A DNA stretch of 64,000 nt from Chrysomallon squamiferum. Taxonomy: Eukaryota > Animalia > Mollusca. The position numbers and the translations under genes were made by a program. The stretch lies in NCBI GenBank assembly GCA_012295275.1, contig CM022665.1, positions 48,422,001-48,486,000 of the forward strand, in the 5' to 3' direction. The notes beneath the pieces are model-generated. The model did no database searches and was not told where the DNA came from. It was given only the letters and a program-made list of their open reading frames with translations. Below are positions 33,236 to 45,849 of this stretch, piece after piece; position 1 is the first letter of the stretch; each line of letters begins with the position of its first letter.

Positions 33236-35487
33236 TTTATTTATCTGTTATAAATTTTAATTTTTGATTTATTTGATTTATCTTATATTATTTAACTAGA
33301 AGAGTTATGCCCCTTCATTTACAAATAAACAGTCTTTACACAAGTGTAACGACTTGGAAAATATTTACATTAATTGTTTATAATACATTGTTTATAGGTG
33401 GAGGTGAATCTAAGTCTGTTCTCTCAGTTCTAAAAACACTTTTTTATCTTTTTATTTTAACTTTCTGCATGATTTATTATTTGAATAATGGTTATGTTAA
33501 TTAGGTAATTAACATGCTAGTTAATTGCAAGATTAATGTGATGAATTATTTTATCAAGGAGATGAAATGTAAGGGCTCCTGCACACCAGATGTGATTATT
33601 GTTACTGTTTCTGCATGGATGTATAAAAGTAAACAGACATTCTCATTGAGGCTTGCATACAAAACATGATTAATTACCATGGTTTACACAAACATTTGTG
33701 GAAATGGAAACTGATCCTATTCTTACATTATTCCTGATGAAATTGAGTGCTGTATGTAGAACTTGTCATAAACACATTCTGTTGAGATCTCACAAACCTG
33801 GATATCATCTGCAAAACAAATTCATTATTCTTCATGTACAGAAGTACACAACAAACCCAAACCATCCTGAAGAAAAATATTACAAAGATGTTTCTTGTAT
33901 ACAGAAAGTATCATAATTGTAATTCTAATGATTGAACTTCTACAAGTATTAATACAGCCTGCTATTGCAAAAATCTATTAAATCTTTTGTTGTGCCTGAT
34001 TTCATTGGGAATAACACTGTCACAGTTTGTGTATTTGTAAAAATGTGAAAAATGCAAGCACTGATGTGTGGCAATGCAGTAAAAAAATCACATCGTTGAA
34101 ACAGTCACATCATCTGGTATGCAGAGAGCCCTGACTCATAACATTCTTAACTTTTTATTTCTTTCTTGGTTTTATGGATTTTTAATTTGGTGATGGAAGA
34201 AGCTGCAGTTTGTTTATTTTTTTATAATTTTTAATATAATTTTATTTCTCTTTTTTTTTTTTTTTTTCTAAATTTTAAAATTAAAAATATTCTAAGATGT
34301 AAAAATTTTCCCTTTTGTTTTTTAAAGTAATGCTTACATTTCTCATTAAATGCTTTGAAAGAGATAAAAAATGTAAAAAAAAAAAAAATTAATAATAATA
34401 AAAACTAAGTGTTTGTACAACTCTGTCTACTACTGCAGGTTCTTGTTCTGTGTTTTGCTGTTTTCCTCGGTGGCTGGTCACCTACATCACTCAACATCGG
34501 CTACTCTGCCAGCTCTGCGGTGTCCCCCGTGTTCATGTCTAAACCCGAGTTTGTCAGACCCTCTCCGGCTTTTGGCCCCTCCGTCGGCAAGGCTGAGATT
34601 GACGATGACTACTCCACCCCAAATAGTGAGTTGAAAATGTATTAAAAAAAATAGAAAAACAAAAAAAATAAATAAATAAAATGAGAAAAGTGAAAACACT
34701 CTTTAGATAAGAGAAAGAAAAAATAGTTCAGTTATTTAGTCACATTTTTTAATAATTTCAGGTACAAAAAAAAGTAAATTATGTAGCTGATGTACTGACA
34801 AATGTTTATAATAAGACAAAATCCACATGTTTAAATTTTTAACTGGGAGAAGTTGAAAAGTCTCAACTTTTTTTTATCTTTAGAACATAACATTTGATTA
34901 AAATACAATTCTTTATATTATTTAAATTTGATTGAAAATCGCATTTTTATATATTCTACAAGAAAAAAAACAATAAAATGTTAAACTTGGTGTAGACATT
35001 CATATATGTCTAACTGTACTGATAAAAGGTATACACAGAAGTAAACTGCAGGTAGTTAAAAGAAGTAAGTTACAGGTAATTAAGGGAGAAGTAAGTTACA
35101 GGTAATAAAGGGAGAAGTGTTGTTGTTGTTGCAGTGAAATCCAGAATGCTGCTGTCAGTAAAAGAAGATGTTGAAGAGGAAGAGGAGGTCCGGCCGATGT
35201 TTCCGTGGCAGGTTATATCATGGTGTGCATCTAAGAAAGAAGACTACGTTGCTGCTGAACCCGTAGTGGACATCACTGGACCTGTCATTGCCAAGACGAC
35301 GACTACAACAACAGCAGCCAATGTGGTTGCTGACGTGCCGGCTGTGGTGAAGACAGTGGAGATGAAGCGAGCGAACGAGACGGCGTATGAATACGACAAT
35401 CAAGCTCTGATGCATCCTGACATTGCCGTCTCCCCAGTGGACATCCAGTCCCACTCCAACATCACAGCCGACATAGAAACTGCTTGA
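19419..35487 (+). CDS. CREB3L1: CREB3L1/CREB3L2-family (OASIS/BBF2H7/CrebA) ER-membrane bZIP transcription factor; join(19419-19520,24810-24981,29388-29681,30229-30416,31365-31508,31914-31972,32423-32491,33003-33096,34439-34625,35135-35487), about 553 aa
   Basis: Family motifs appear in order: [97 protein letters not shown] (ATB plus basic region), leucine zipper, [19 protein letters not shown] transmembrane segment, and a luminal RMLL (RxxL site-1-protease motif). All phases are consistent. L1 versus L2 orthology cannot be resolved by eye; it is probably a co-orthologue. Confidence 0.9.
24450..24825 (+). repeat. ~45-52-bp minisatellite spanning the CREB3L exon 2 acceptor
   Basis: aatgtaatttcag|gtgtctgacagtaactgtagtagtactaa; decoy exon starts at 24512, 24564, 24724 and 24765; true start at 24810. 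Confidence 0.92.
24810..24981 (+). CDS. CREB3L1: CREB3L exon 2 ([21 protein letters not shown]...IKSEHSYS...)
   Basis: tttcag|GTG ... G|gtgagt; 172 bp, phase 0-1. Confidence 0.9.
26095..28955. repeat. 2.9-kb satellite with 42/48-bp units (aacagtgaaataaaactaaatattaactgaattaacatgcag, with or without a 6-bp insert)
   Basis: About 65 near-identical copies in CREB3L intron 2. Confidence 0.97.
29388..29681 (+). CDS. CREB3L1: CREB3L exon 3 (Thr-rich, two IKQE motifs)
   Basis: tcacag|AT ... G|gttcgt; 294 bp, phase 1-1. Confidence 0.85.
30229..30416 (+). CDS. CREB3L1: CREB3L exon 4 ([19 protein letters not shown])
   Basis: tgacag|TG ... CCT|gttagt; 188 bp, phase 1-0. Confidence 0.9.
30400..30525 (+). 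repeat. 36-bp minisatellite spanning the CREB3L exon 4 donor (degenerate copies continue to about 30940)
   Basis: ctcttcatgaaccct|gttagtaaatcttttatattt, about 3.5 copies. Confidence 0.92.
31365..31508 (+). CDS. CREB3L1: CREB3L exon 5 (ATB region and start of basic region)
   Basis: tttcag|ATT ... AAG|gtattt; 144 bp; an in-frame alternative AG lies 9 nt downstream. Confidence 0.92.
31510..31790. repeat. ~30-bp minisatellite abutting the CREB3L exon 5 donor
   Basis: tgtgttttctgttgtgtacaacacattagt, about 9 copies. Confidence 0.9.
31914..31972 (+). CDS. CREB3L1: CREB3L exon 6 ([19 protein letters not shown])
   Basis: tttcag|ATA ... AG|gtaaaa; 59 bp. Confidence 0.93.
32423..32491 (+). CDS. CREB3L1: CREB3L exon 7 (leucine zipper [22 protein letters not shown])
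   Basis: tcacag|A ... AG|gtaaat; 69 bp, phase 2-2. Confidence 0.92.
33003..33096 (+). CDS. CREB3L1: CREB3L exon 8 ([13 protein letters not shown]...TQTGTVLM)
   Basis: ttgcag|A ... ATG|gtgagt; 94 bp. Confidence 0.92.
34439..34625 (+). CDS. CREB3L1: CREB3L exon 9 (transmembrane [11 protein letters not shown] plus luminal start)
   Basis: ctgcag|GTT ... A|gtgagt; 187 bp. Confidence 0.9.
35135..35487 (+). CDS. CREB3L1: CREB3L terminal exon (MKSRMLL S1P site, luminal tail with NET/NIT sequons)
   Basis: ttgcag|TG AAA TCC AGA ATG CTG CTG; TGA stop at 35485-35487. Confidence 0.88.
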
Positions 35488-35783
35488 CTCACACACAGCT
35501 CCAAGTGAACACCTGAATCACTTGATACCAATCACCTCCCACTAAACACAGAACATAAAGAATCATTTTTTAATGAGGGAAGCTGTACAAAGTTATTTCA
35601 ATGGTTATCACTTATAAACTGACATTTTGGAATTATTATTATTTTTAAATAATTGTTATTTTGAAATGACTACTATTTTGGAATGACTGTTATTTTGAAA
35701 TGACTATCATTTTGGAATGATTGTCATTTTGGAACAGCTATTGTTATGACTATTGGAAACACACCCTGGAATGTGTTTCAATT

Positions 35784-35814
<31 letters not shown>

Positions 35815-36363
35815 TTTAGAATTGTATTTAATGCTGGTGATGAGAAGAGGGTTGTTTTTCGCTGTTCACTTGGATTCTGTTGTTGAGATTTCTGACAGTG
35901 GTTGACGGGCGTGGTGCAGTGTCGGGGAAGGTCAGAGGAGTTAACTGCAGATGCTCCGTGTCTCATTTTACATGGTGGTGGCTTACGTTGTTACAGTGGA
36001 CCAATATATGTATGTTGTTTTGTTTTTTTTTAAATTTTTTTTTTTTTTTTTTTAGAAATGCATTTTAATTCTCCTGCTTAATGTTATTTATGAAATTTAT
36101 TATAAAATTAATTGCAATTAAGTTTTGCAATTTACGTCCATGCTAGTCACATATCAAACCTGCGTGCACTCGAGTTTGCTCTCTTATGCAATTTACGGTT
36201 ATCTCCCCTGTTATGCTAGAGTTACCTCCCTTTGTATGACGCAGCTTCCATCAACAGAACCACGAACAAAAAGCATTTTACGGTCATATTTTTATCATCA
36301 TTTTTTAATTTATTTTTATAATTGTTAGAATTATTTTTTTTTTTTTTTTTTTTATTATTATTA

Positions 36364-36398
<35 letters not shown>

Positions 36399-37589
36399 TT
36401 TAAGTTTATTGTTTGAAGGGTTACAGTGAGATGTGACAATGTGCTATTAATATATATCGGCTGTTATTAGCCAGACTGGGGAAGCCAAATTTGTTTTATT
36501 TTTGAATGTGTACATAGAATGCTAAATGTGTGTGGGCAATGACTCTTGTTGTCGTAAATCAGATATTTACATATTTAATTTATATTTTTATGTGTTCCGT
36601 TATTTTTAAAGAAAAGACGAGAAAAAAAAAAAAAAACATAAAAAAAAAAAAAAAAAAGCCCAGTTTTAAATTTGTTTTTTCAGTCATAGAAAAAAAATCA
36701 TCATCGACAAATTTTGATTCCACAGAATCAGATATTTACATAAATTTAGTTTTATTATCTTTTTTTTTTTTTTTTTGAAATATATTTTACAAGCAAAGTT
36801 CAGTATTGTTGCACAGAGTGATCACCTCAGAGTAGTGATTTTATTTTCAGTTTAAAGATCACTGTCACTAATAGATTGAGACAAAACCAGATTAGGTTGA
36901 AATTTCACACGTTTTAAGATTAATTTCTGCCAGTTTAATTGTTGTAAACAAAAAATGACGGTGCCAGATTTCACTGACCTAAGAATAAATTACAAATTTC
37001 CTTCTCACCAATGTTCACTTGTGTATTATATAATTTGTCTGAGATAATCGTCCTTATTGTTACGCATGCAGAAGATAAAGATGGCTGTTCACTGATATTG
37101 GGGGCCATCTTGAACCTGTTTTTCTTCTGGTTACAACATCGTTGTTGTTGTTGTTGTTGTTGTTTGAAGAACAGTTACTGCTGCTTCTTTATGTTGACAT
37201 CACAGTAACAGTTTTAATGGAGAGAGAGTTTTAAAAAACCAAATGGTTTGCAATCATTGAAAGATAAACTGTACAGAAGACTAAGTTTTTATTGTATGGG
37301 ATATTGTTATGATGTGGTGTCACTGTACATTGTGTACAAAGACAACTTGGTTAGCCAACTTATTGGTTGTAAAGGATATATTTGTTTTTGTTAAACCAAT
37401 ATTTTGGTTGTGGGAACATTTTGGTTCTGATCATGTTGGTACATTTATGACATTTGTTGACTTGATTTCACATGATGAATTTCTCCATATATATTTTTAA
37501 AAAGGGTCTGTACAGAATATAGAAAAAAAAATAAAAAAAAAAAAAAAAAATAAAAAAAAATGTAAAAACTATAAAAAAAACTATAAAAA

Positions 37590-37671
37590 AATAAATGAAA
37601 TAAAACCTGTACAAAACATTAACAGTGTTATGTTGTTTCTATAATTTTTTTTTTTAATCCTGAACTTTATT
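37590..37671. terminator. Candidate tail-to-tail polyadenylation signals: AATAAA (+) at 37590 and 37599 for CREB3L; AATAAA (-) at 37666-37671 for DGK
   Basis: Each hexamer is followed by a GT/T-rich downstream element on its own strand. The background is A/T-rich, so specificity is low. Confidence 0.35.
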
Positions 37672-38220
37672 TGTCAAAACCTTTGCATCAGCAAAGTTTA
37701 AATCAGTTTGCAGTTTTGAAGGATGGAAAATTGTCTGTATTACATTTTCCACAAATTGTTTGAAAAAGTAAATCCCCACCCCAGTCAAATATAAAATGAT
37801 GATTATTATTTTTTTTTTTTTCATTTGATTATAACCTTTTTGAAATTTCCATTTTTGAACACTTTTCTATCCCCACTGGTGAAAAAACTCCATATTTCCT
37901 GACATCAAACTTCCATAAACTTTTCAAAAGCTTTGTGAACCATGAATTGTTTAAAAAAAAAAAAAATAATAATAATAATAAAATAAATAAAATAAAAAGT
38001 ATGATAAATAACAATAATGAAAAAAAAAATAATAATATATATATATATATATATAAAAAAAAAAATTAAAAGGAAATAACATTTTAAAAAATGAGAACAA
38101 ATAGAAACTGCAACATGGTTTGATTTAAAACTTTATTTGTTGTAGTTCTTGAATAACGGATATCAATATTTTCCAAATATTGACCTGTCAAAAAAAAGTC
38201 ATCATTTGAACTAATCTGAA

Positions 38221-38259
<39 letters not shown>

Positions 38260-39671
38260 CATCACAATTTAAAAAAAAAACAATAAATAAATAAAATTAA
38301 AAAAAATTAAAACAAATGAAGTTTTATAAAATATTTCTTTACTTCGAATTACGACCACCTTGATAATCAATCCAAACAGGTTCGTAAGGCCTGAGAAAAA
38401 GGTAAGTATGTTGCTTAGCAACAGTCCTGGATTCAGAATGTTGTGGACAGTATAAAAATAAATCTTTGTACTCTATATAAAAGTATACACTGTGGTAACA
38501 GCGAACCAGGCTTGTCCAGTGTAAACCATCTTTCATTCAGTATTATTTGTGTGTATATATATATTACCAACATAATGAAACTTCTCTTTAATGTTCTGTT
38601 ACCTCTCTTACATGTATTACATATATACACATTAAAACACAAAATAATAATAATTTTTTTTTTTTCACACACATATATATTAAAATTTCGTGCAAGTAAT
38701 ATTATATATAAGCATTATAAATATTATTATTATTATTATTATTTTTTTTTTTAATGATATGCAAACTAATTTCTAGCATTTATGGCAACAAAAAAAACTA
38801 CAAAATTTTAAATATTTTGGCCTTGATGAGCATCAAAAATACAGGAGCAGATATAATTTAAATAATACATAATAAGAGTTTATAATATAAACTATATATT
38901 TAATAAAAAAACATTGTATAGTGATCATGAAAGTATGTCAAGGTTTGTTTGCTCAGATGTAAATTAACCAAGTTTATTACAGTTTTATTATGAAATTAAC
39001 ATATTTTTTATTAAGTGTTAATGCAGCTGTATATGGCTTGTGTTTCATATTAAAATGCAGATTAAAAATGTTTAATTTGTATGAAGAGACAACAGAAATC
39101 TAAATTTAAAATGTGAAAACTTCAGCAACACACGTGTGTATATATCTATATACAATGTAAAGTGCTTCCATAACTGATAAGTAAAAACTGATAAAATATA
39201 GGAAAAAATTGTTTCTGATACATTGAAATGCAGAGTTAGTGAATTATATTCCAACAGTTTTAATTATTTATAAATGAAAAATTCAAAACTTTGTTAATGA
39301 ATTATAAAAAAAAAAAATAGTCATTTAAACTGTGGTGCCTGTTTGGTTATGGAACAAAAAAAAAAAAAAGTACTGAGACAATAAAAAGGTCAATTTTGAT
39401 GATTTAAAATCGTTTTAAAACTGGATGAATGAAAACAACCTACTGTTTGTTTGCTAAGTCACTGAAGTGTACAAAACATTTACACAGGATACAAAAAAAA
39501 AAAAAAAAAAAAAATAACGACAAATAATAAAAAAAACAAACCCCACTTCACTGCGGTGAAATACAGTTTACATATTTTCACAAAGTTAAACTGGCTGACA
39601 TTTTACTTTTTTTTCAGATTCTAACTCTTCTGATTTTCTTTTTACAGTAATTTGGTGAAACCAGAATATGA

Positions 39672-39714
<43 letters not shown>

Positions 39715-41266
39715 ATATAATAAATAAATAAATAAAATATAAATATATATATTTTTAATATAAATTCAGCCATTAAAACAACATGCCTGACTGACATCCT
39801 GTCTGTTTTTGTACCAATCCAACCAGGGTCTCAATTTAATGACATTAATATTGTGTTTAGCTGATTGCCTGAATGACATGTAAATATCACAATACACACA
39901 AAACAATTATAAAACTTGGTACTTTGCTGGAAATTTCCATCTGAAATCTTCTAAATTCTCCTTTAATGGTTAATTTTATGGTTCTGTAATATTTATATGT
40001 ATGAATAAAAATAATTTTTTTTTTTTAAAAAAACACCAAAAATTGTTTGATTCTATTACTGAACTTGTGATGAAATTCTTTTTTTAATGGAACAATTAAA
40101 AAAAAAAAAAAAAATACAAAATATTAATAAAAATAAAAACTTTAATAATAATAAAAGCAGTACTATTATAATTTAAAATTTTATATATATATATATATTT
40201 ATGAATTTAATTTAATAATGAATTAATAATAATAATGAAAGTAGTAGTAGTATTTGTAGTAACAGAAATTTGTACATGTTTTCTGATATGCATCAAATTA
40301 TTCAAAAGTTACTAGTATATGACATAACAGTGAAAAATATTAAATAATTGTATAAAATATGGATTCAGCTGGCCAAGAACAAAACAATTTCAAAATATTA
40401 AATTCCACATACTAATATAACAGTAATTCATTAATTTATTAACAGTGTTTTGTTTTGACATTCAAGCTTTGTGATGGTATATTACTGTTTTTACACAAGG
40501 TAAAATATATTACAAATGATAATATTGTGTACAGGCTAAACATCTGGTAAAAATAAAATATAACACATCTAACTATTACATGATTATGCTATAGTACATC
40601 TTTTAACATTATTTATTTATTTACTTTTTTTTTTTGTTAACTTTTATAAAATAATCTTTTCAAACTGTTAGAAATAATTTGTAGACTAAAGCAAACATAC
40701 ACACAAAAAAACCCACATATGTAGCACACACACATCACAGAAACACACAAAAGATTTTTATTTAAGTAATGTTTTCTGTTAGAACAAAACAAAAAATGTA
40801 ACTAATTTGAAATGCATAACACAAGTCCATTGTAACACAAATCTAGTGTAACACAAGTCCAGTGTAACACAAATGTAGTGTAACACAAGTCCAGTGTAAC
40901 ATAAGTCCATTGTAACACAAGACAAATGTAACAAATAAAAAAATAAATGGAATGTTTTGATTTCTGTACAAAATGGTGGTGGGGGTAGGGGGGAGAAATG
41001 CAATAAATTGAAAACAACACAAACATCAATATCCACACCTGCATTTTGTTACCATGACAACACACACTCAGCGTTATTATGTCACTGGGGTCGGGTGGGG
41101 GATGGGTAAGTGAAAAAATATAACAATGAATTTATTTACCTACTGGTCCAGAGAAACAGGCACCTATCACAGAACAGTGCTTCAGACTGGGTCAGTTTAA
41201 ACTAGGTTATCTCCCTTACTGCAGCTATCACAGTGATTGAACGTTAGAGTTATCCCCTTAATACTC

Positions 41267-41305
<39 letters not shown>

Positions 41306-41739
41306 ATTAAGTCATTTTTTTAAATTATTATTATTATTATTATTATTTATTTATTATTATTATTTTTTTAAATGAACACAGAAACTAAAATAAATCATAG
41401 ATTGGTTATGTTAGTTTTTTTCTTTAGTTGTCTACTTTAAAAAAAAGTAATAAATAAATAAACTCTGAAAAAATATAGAAGAAATATAGAAAAAATTATT
41501 TTCTTATAATGACAAAAGCAAACATTTAATATTTAAAATATTTAAATCTTATTATGTTCTCTCCTTTGTTTTTTTTTTTTTTTTGTTATAATAATTTATT
41601 TCTTATTTCATATTAGAAAAATTAGTGTTATGATCTTTGTTGATTTTTGTCTATTAAACAAATGGGTTATTGGTATAACAGTTATAAATTACTATTGCAC
41701 ATATTTCATACATTCTTATCAGTTAGTACTGTCATACCC

Positions 41740-41772
<33 letters not shown>

Positions 41773-42549
41773 TTGTTAACAGAAAAACGATGGCCAAAGC
41801 ATCACATTTTAGATCAATTTTCTTTCCGTTGAAGAAACAAACTAATGTAATTATAATTCAAATAATTTACATTTGCCATATTTTATAATTATAAAATCCT
41901 AAACTTTGAAAGAATTTATTTCAAACTCAGTAAAGGAGATGAAATGTTGTTATAACATTATCCAGACCCAAGATGGTATAATTTGAAATGAAAATTAGTA
42001 ATTTATTAAAAAGAAAAAACCAGATTTCTATCAAAAAAAATAATTCAGAAACATAAAATTTAAATAATTTAATAATAATAAAAATAGCAATAAAATATAA
42101 CAATAAAAATAAAATAAATAATAGTAATAATAATAATAAAAATGATAAAATATACTGGTAAAAATAAATAAATAATATAAATAATAATAATGGTAATAAT
42201 AATAACAAAAATAATCATAAAATATAATGGTAAAAATAAATAAATAATAATAAATATCATCATCATCACCATCATGATGATAATAATATTTAAAAAAAAC
42301 TTGTAACAGGGGAAATAACCTAGTTTAACTTCCAGTCTTGATTTCAATGTGTCGCACAAAGGACGTTCCAGACATTGACACAGACGCAGACGAGACATCC
42401 AGACACTCTGCAGACTTGAGGAACATTTACACAAGAAGAACAGAACTGTTACCACTCGTCATTCCTCCAGTCTTTGTTCTAACCTCCCGTTGTCATGACA
42501 ACCAGCATCTTGACAAAGAGAAGTGTAGTGGAAATTGTGCTGACAGCTG

Positions 42550-43030
42550 CAGAAATATTCCTTAAAGAGATTAGTTGAAATATTCCTTGAAGACATTAGT
42601 GGCTGAAATATTCCTTGAAGACAGTAGTAGTTGAAATATTCCTTGAAGACAGTGGCTGAAATATTCCTTGTAAGACAGTAGTAGTTGAAATATTCCTTGT
42701 AGTAGTCCAAATATTCCTTGTAGACAGAGGTAGTTGAAGAAATATTCCTTGTAGACTGTAGCAGTTGAAATGTTTAACATTCCTAGTCTCTTGTGTTATT
42801 CCTAGTTAAAGTATTCCTATTCAACTGTGGTTTAACCATTGCTGTGGTTGATAAATTATTCCTAATACAAGAATGTGGTTGTAAAGATGAGTTGAAATAT
42901 TCCTTCCTTATAGACAGAACAGTTGAAATAGCAGTTGTAAAGAGCTTTGGTTGAAGTATTCCTGGAAGGCATTTCACTGTGGTTGAAACCTTGCAGGCAG
43001 TTTGCGGTGGAAATATTCCTAGACAGCTGT
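42550..43030. repeat. Degenerate ~27-bp array in the DGK 3' UTR resembling the stop-codon region
   Basis: gttgaaatattccttgaagacagtagta copies versus gtggaaatattcctagacagctg at the stop codon. Confidence 0.75.
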
Positions 43031-43071
43031 TTCTTGATCTTCTGAGGCAACAAGTTGAAAGTGTTCTTGAT
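43019..43071 (-). CDS. DGKZ: DGK terminal exon ([17 protein letters not shown])
   Basis: ttttag|AT CAA GAA ... GTC TAG; class I PDZ ligand ETAV. Confidence 0.93.
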
Positions 43072-44658
43072 CTAAAAGAGAAAAAAAAAAAAAAAAATTT
43101 TCTTTACAAATTTAAACAAAAGAACAGTAATAATAAAATTCAGCGTTAAATATCACTGTGCTTTGTTTAATGTTTTAAGTATACTTCTTGTATGTCTCAT
43201 GTTTTAGCTCAGTGGTTACAATACAAAACATGAGATGACAGACTCAAACCTCTTCAGTGCACCCACTGAATTATTTCCCAGTCTAACCAGTACTCTATAT
43301 TGATGTGAAATCAATGTGAGTAGCTGCTCTGACTGGATTTATGCTTTTATTGCTAAATAAAATCTCATCTCTGTCAACAGTTGATCATAAAATGTGATTA
43401 GAAATATGATGCAGGTTCTTTTAATAAAAACTGTGAACTTACTTTGGTTGCAGACAGCAGTGTGAATGTAAACCATGAACTTACTTTGGAGGCAGACAAC
43501 AGTGTGAACTTAGGAGGTAGGCGGCAGTGTGAATGTGAACTTACTCTGGAGACAGACAGCAGTGTGAATGTAAATTGTGAACTTACTCTGGAAACAGTCA
43601 GCAGTGTGAATGTAAACTGTGAACTTACTAAGGAGACAGACAGCAGTGTGAATGCAAACCATGAACTTACTTTGGAGACAGACAGCAGTGTGAATGTAAA
43701 CTGTGAACTTACTTTGGAGACAGACAGCAGTGTGAATGTAAACTGTGAACTTACTTTGAGACAGACAGCAGTGTGAATGTTTCCCCTGATTGTCAGTTTG
43801 GAGGTCAGCGATGCCCCAGAATGTAATTTGCATGTGACAGAGGTGGCGGCAGTGTGAATGTAAACTGTGAACTTACTTTTGAGGTCTGCAACATTGTTCT
43901 GTGTAATCAGTCATTTAAACCTGTTTAATATATATATTTCCCTAATTGTCAGTAGAGTAGTCAAGATGCCCCAGCTGCAACCAGCATGTGACAGATGGTG
44001 CGAGAGTGAGTACCACGAGTGCCTTAGAGTAGAGTTTTGTCCTCTGCAACATTGTTAACAGGTAATTAGTCATATAAACAATTTAATATATATAATATAA
44101 TATAATATAGTGATAGCCAGTTTAATATATTACATATATCATGCAGGTAACAAGATATTAAAATAATATATATCAACATCTACTACTACTTTATGACATT
44201 TAAAAAAACCCTCATTTTCTCTTCTTGTATCTTTCAGAAGTTTTATTTTTTATTATTATTATTTTATTTACATTTAGTTACCCTGTACCAAGAAGATTGA
44301 CTTTGTTAACACTTTTTTTTTTTTTTTTGCTAAATTAATTGTTTTATTTATCAGACAATTTCTACTATGAAGTTTAATTTAAAACATGACACAGTGAAAA
44401 TAGAAGAAAAAAGAAAGTTTTATTGTGAATCTGCTTACTTCTCCTGGTCAACCATGTCCAGAATGACCGGTGGAGCTGAAAAAAACAAAAAAAGAAATGA
44501 GACTAAGATTTGTATTTACACTTTCTTCTTTTAAATACTACTTTCATCACAGCTAACACCAATAATAATAATTTAATCTTAATAGTAATAATAATAATAA
44601 AAAAAATAAGAACAGTAATACTAGAAGTAGTAGTAATAGTAGTTATAATAATAATTAA

Positions 44659-44689
<31 letters not shown>

Positions 44690-44771
44690 GAAAAAATAAT
44701 AATAGTAATAAAAGAAAAATAAGAAAAAAAAAAAAATAAAAAATAATAAAAAATAACAGTAAAAAAATAAT

Positions 44772-44862
<91 letters not shown>

Positions 44863-45386
44863 TATATATAATTTAATCAGATAAGTGAACAAACTAACCG
44901 CTCTCTATAAGAAACTGAACAATTCCTTTGTGTCCAAACCTTGCTGCGTGGTGCAACGCTGTCATCCCATACTGGTCTGTGACGAGCAATGGCGCACCAT
45001 CCTCATAGGACTCCACCAACTACAAAACACAAACATAATATATAGATTTATATATATATATATATATATATATAGATATATAAGTATGTATACATATAAG
45101 TATGTATAGATATATAAGTGTGTATATTATGTCAAAATATGCAATATTATTATATATTTAGATGTAAGTATGTATGTATTATTTATTACATTTTAACTTT
45201 GTTGCAGGTTGGGTTTTTTTTACATAAGAACAAAGCTTTATTATAAATGTACACTTGTCTATTAAGACTGAGTCCCCAAATCTATGTTTAAATAGCAACA
45301 CAAATAAAAATCATTTCCCTTAGGAAAGAGATTTAACTGTTCAACAAAATCAAACTTAGAAAATAAAACTTATGAAAATAATGATG

Positions 45387-45417
<31 letters not shown>

Positions 45418-45768
45418 TAATAACAACAAAAACAATATTAGAATAATTTACCCAACCAGTAAGAAACTACTAGAAACTCAAACCCTGTGGTATGTGCTGA
45501 CATGTTTTCTGAAGAGAGTAACCTGAAGTAGATTTTGTGTAAAACAGACAGCAAGTAAGATATATATTCACAAAATTTACCTTCTGAATGTCACCACGTT
45601 TTGATGCATCAATCAGAGCTGGAACACAAAAATAAATTGTAAATACATTGTAATATATACAAAACATATGTGTGTGTACACAACTGTAAACTGGTTGTAA
45701 ACTGATTGTATATATTATATATTATATATAATTAACAAAATAAATTTTATTAACATCATAATATACAA

Positions 45769-45849
<81 letters not shown>

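Noticed and set aside
38339-38536. 65-aa minus-strand ORF ending EPVWIDYQGGRNSK as a further DGK exon or separate gene
   Set aside because: DGK already terminates at EDQETAV* (43019). The ORF has no recognisable homology or convincing splice sites and probably lies in the 3' UTR.
43877-44043. Calling the DGK gene a pseudogene
   Set aside because: The damage is confined to one exon adjoining a VNTR and shows an offset-duplication mosaic pattern typical of consensus error; all other exons are intact.
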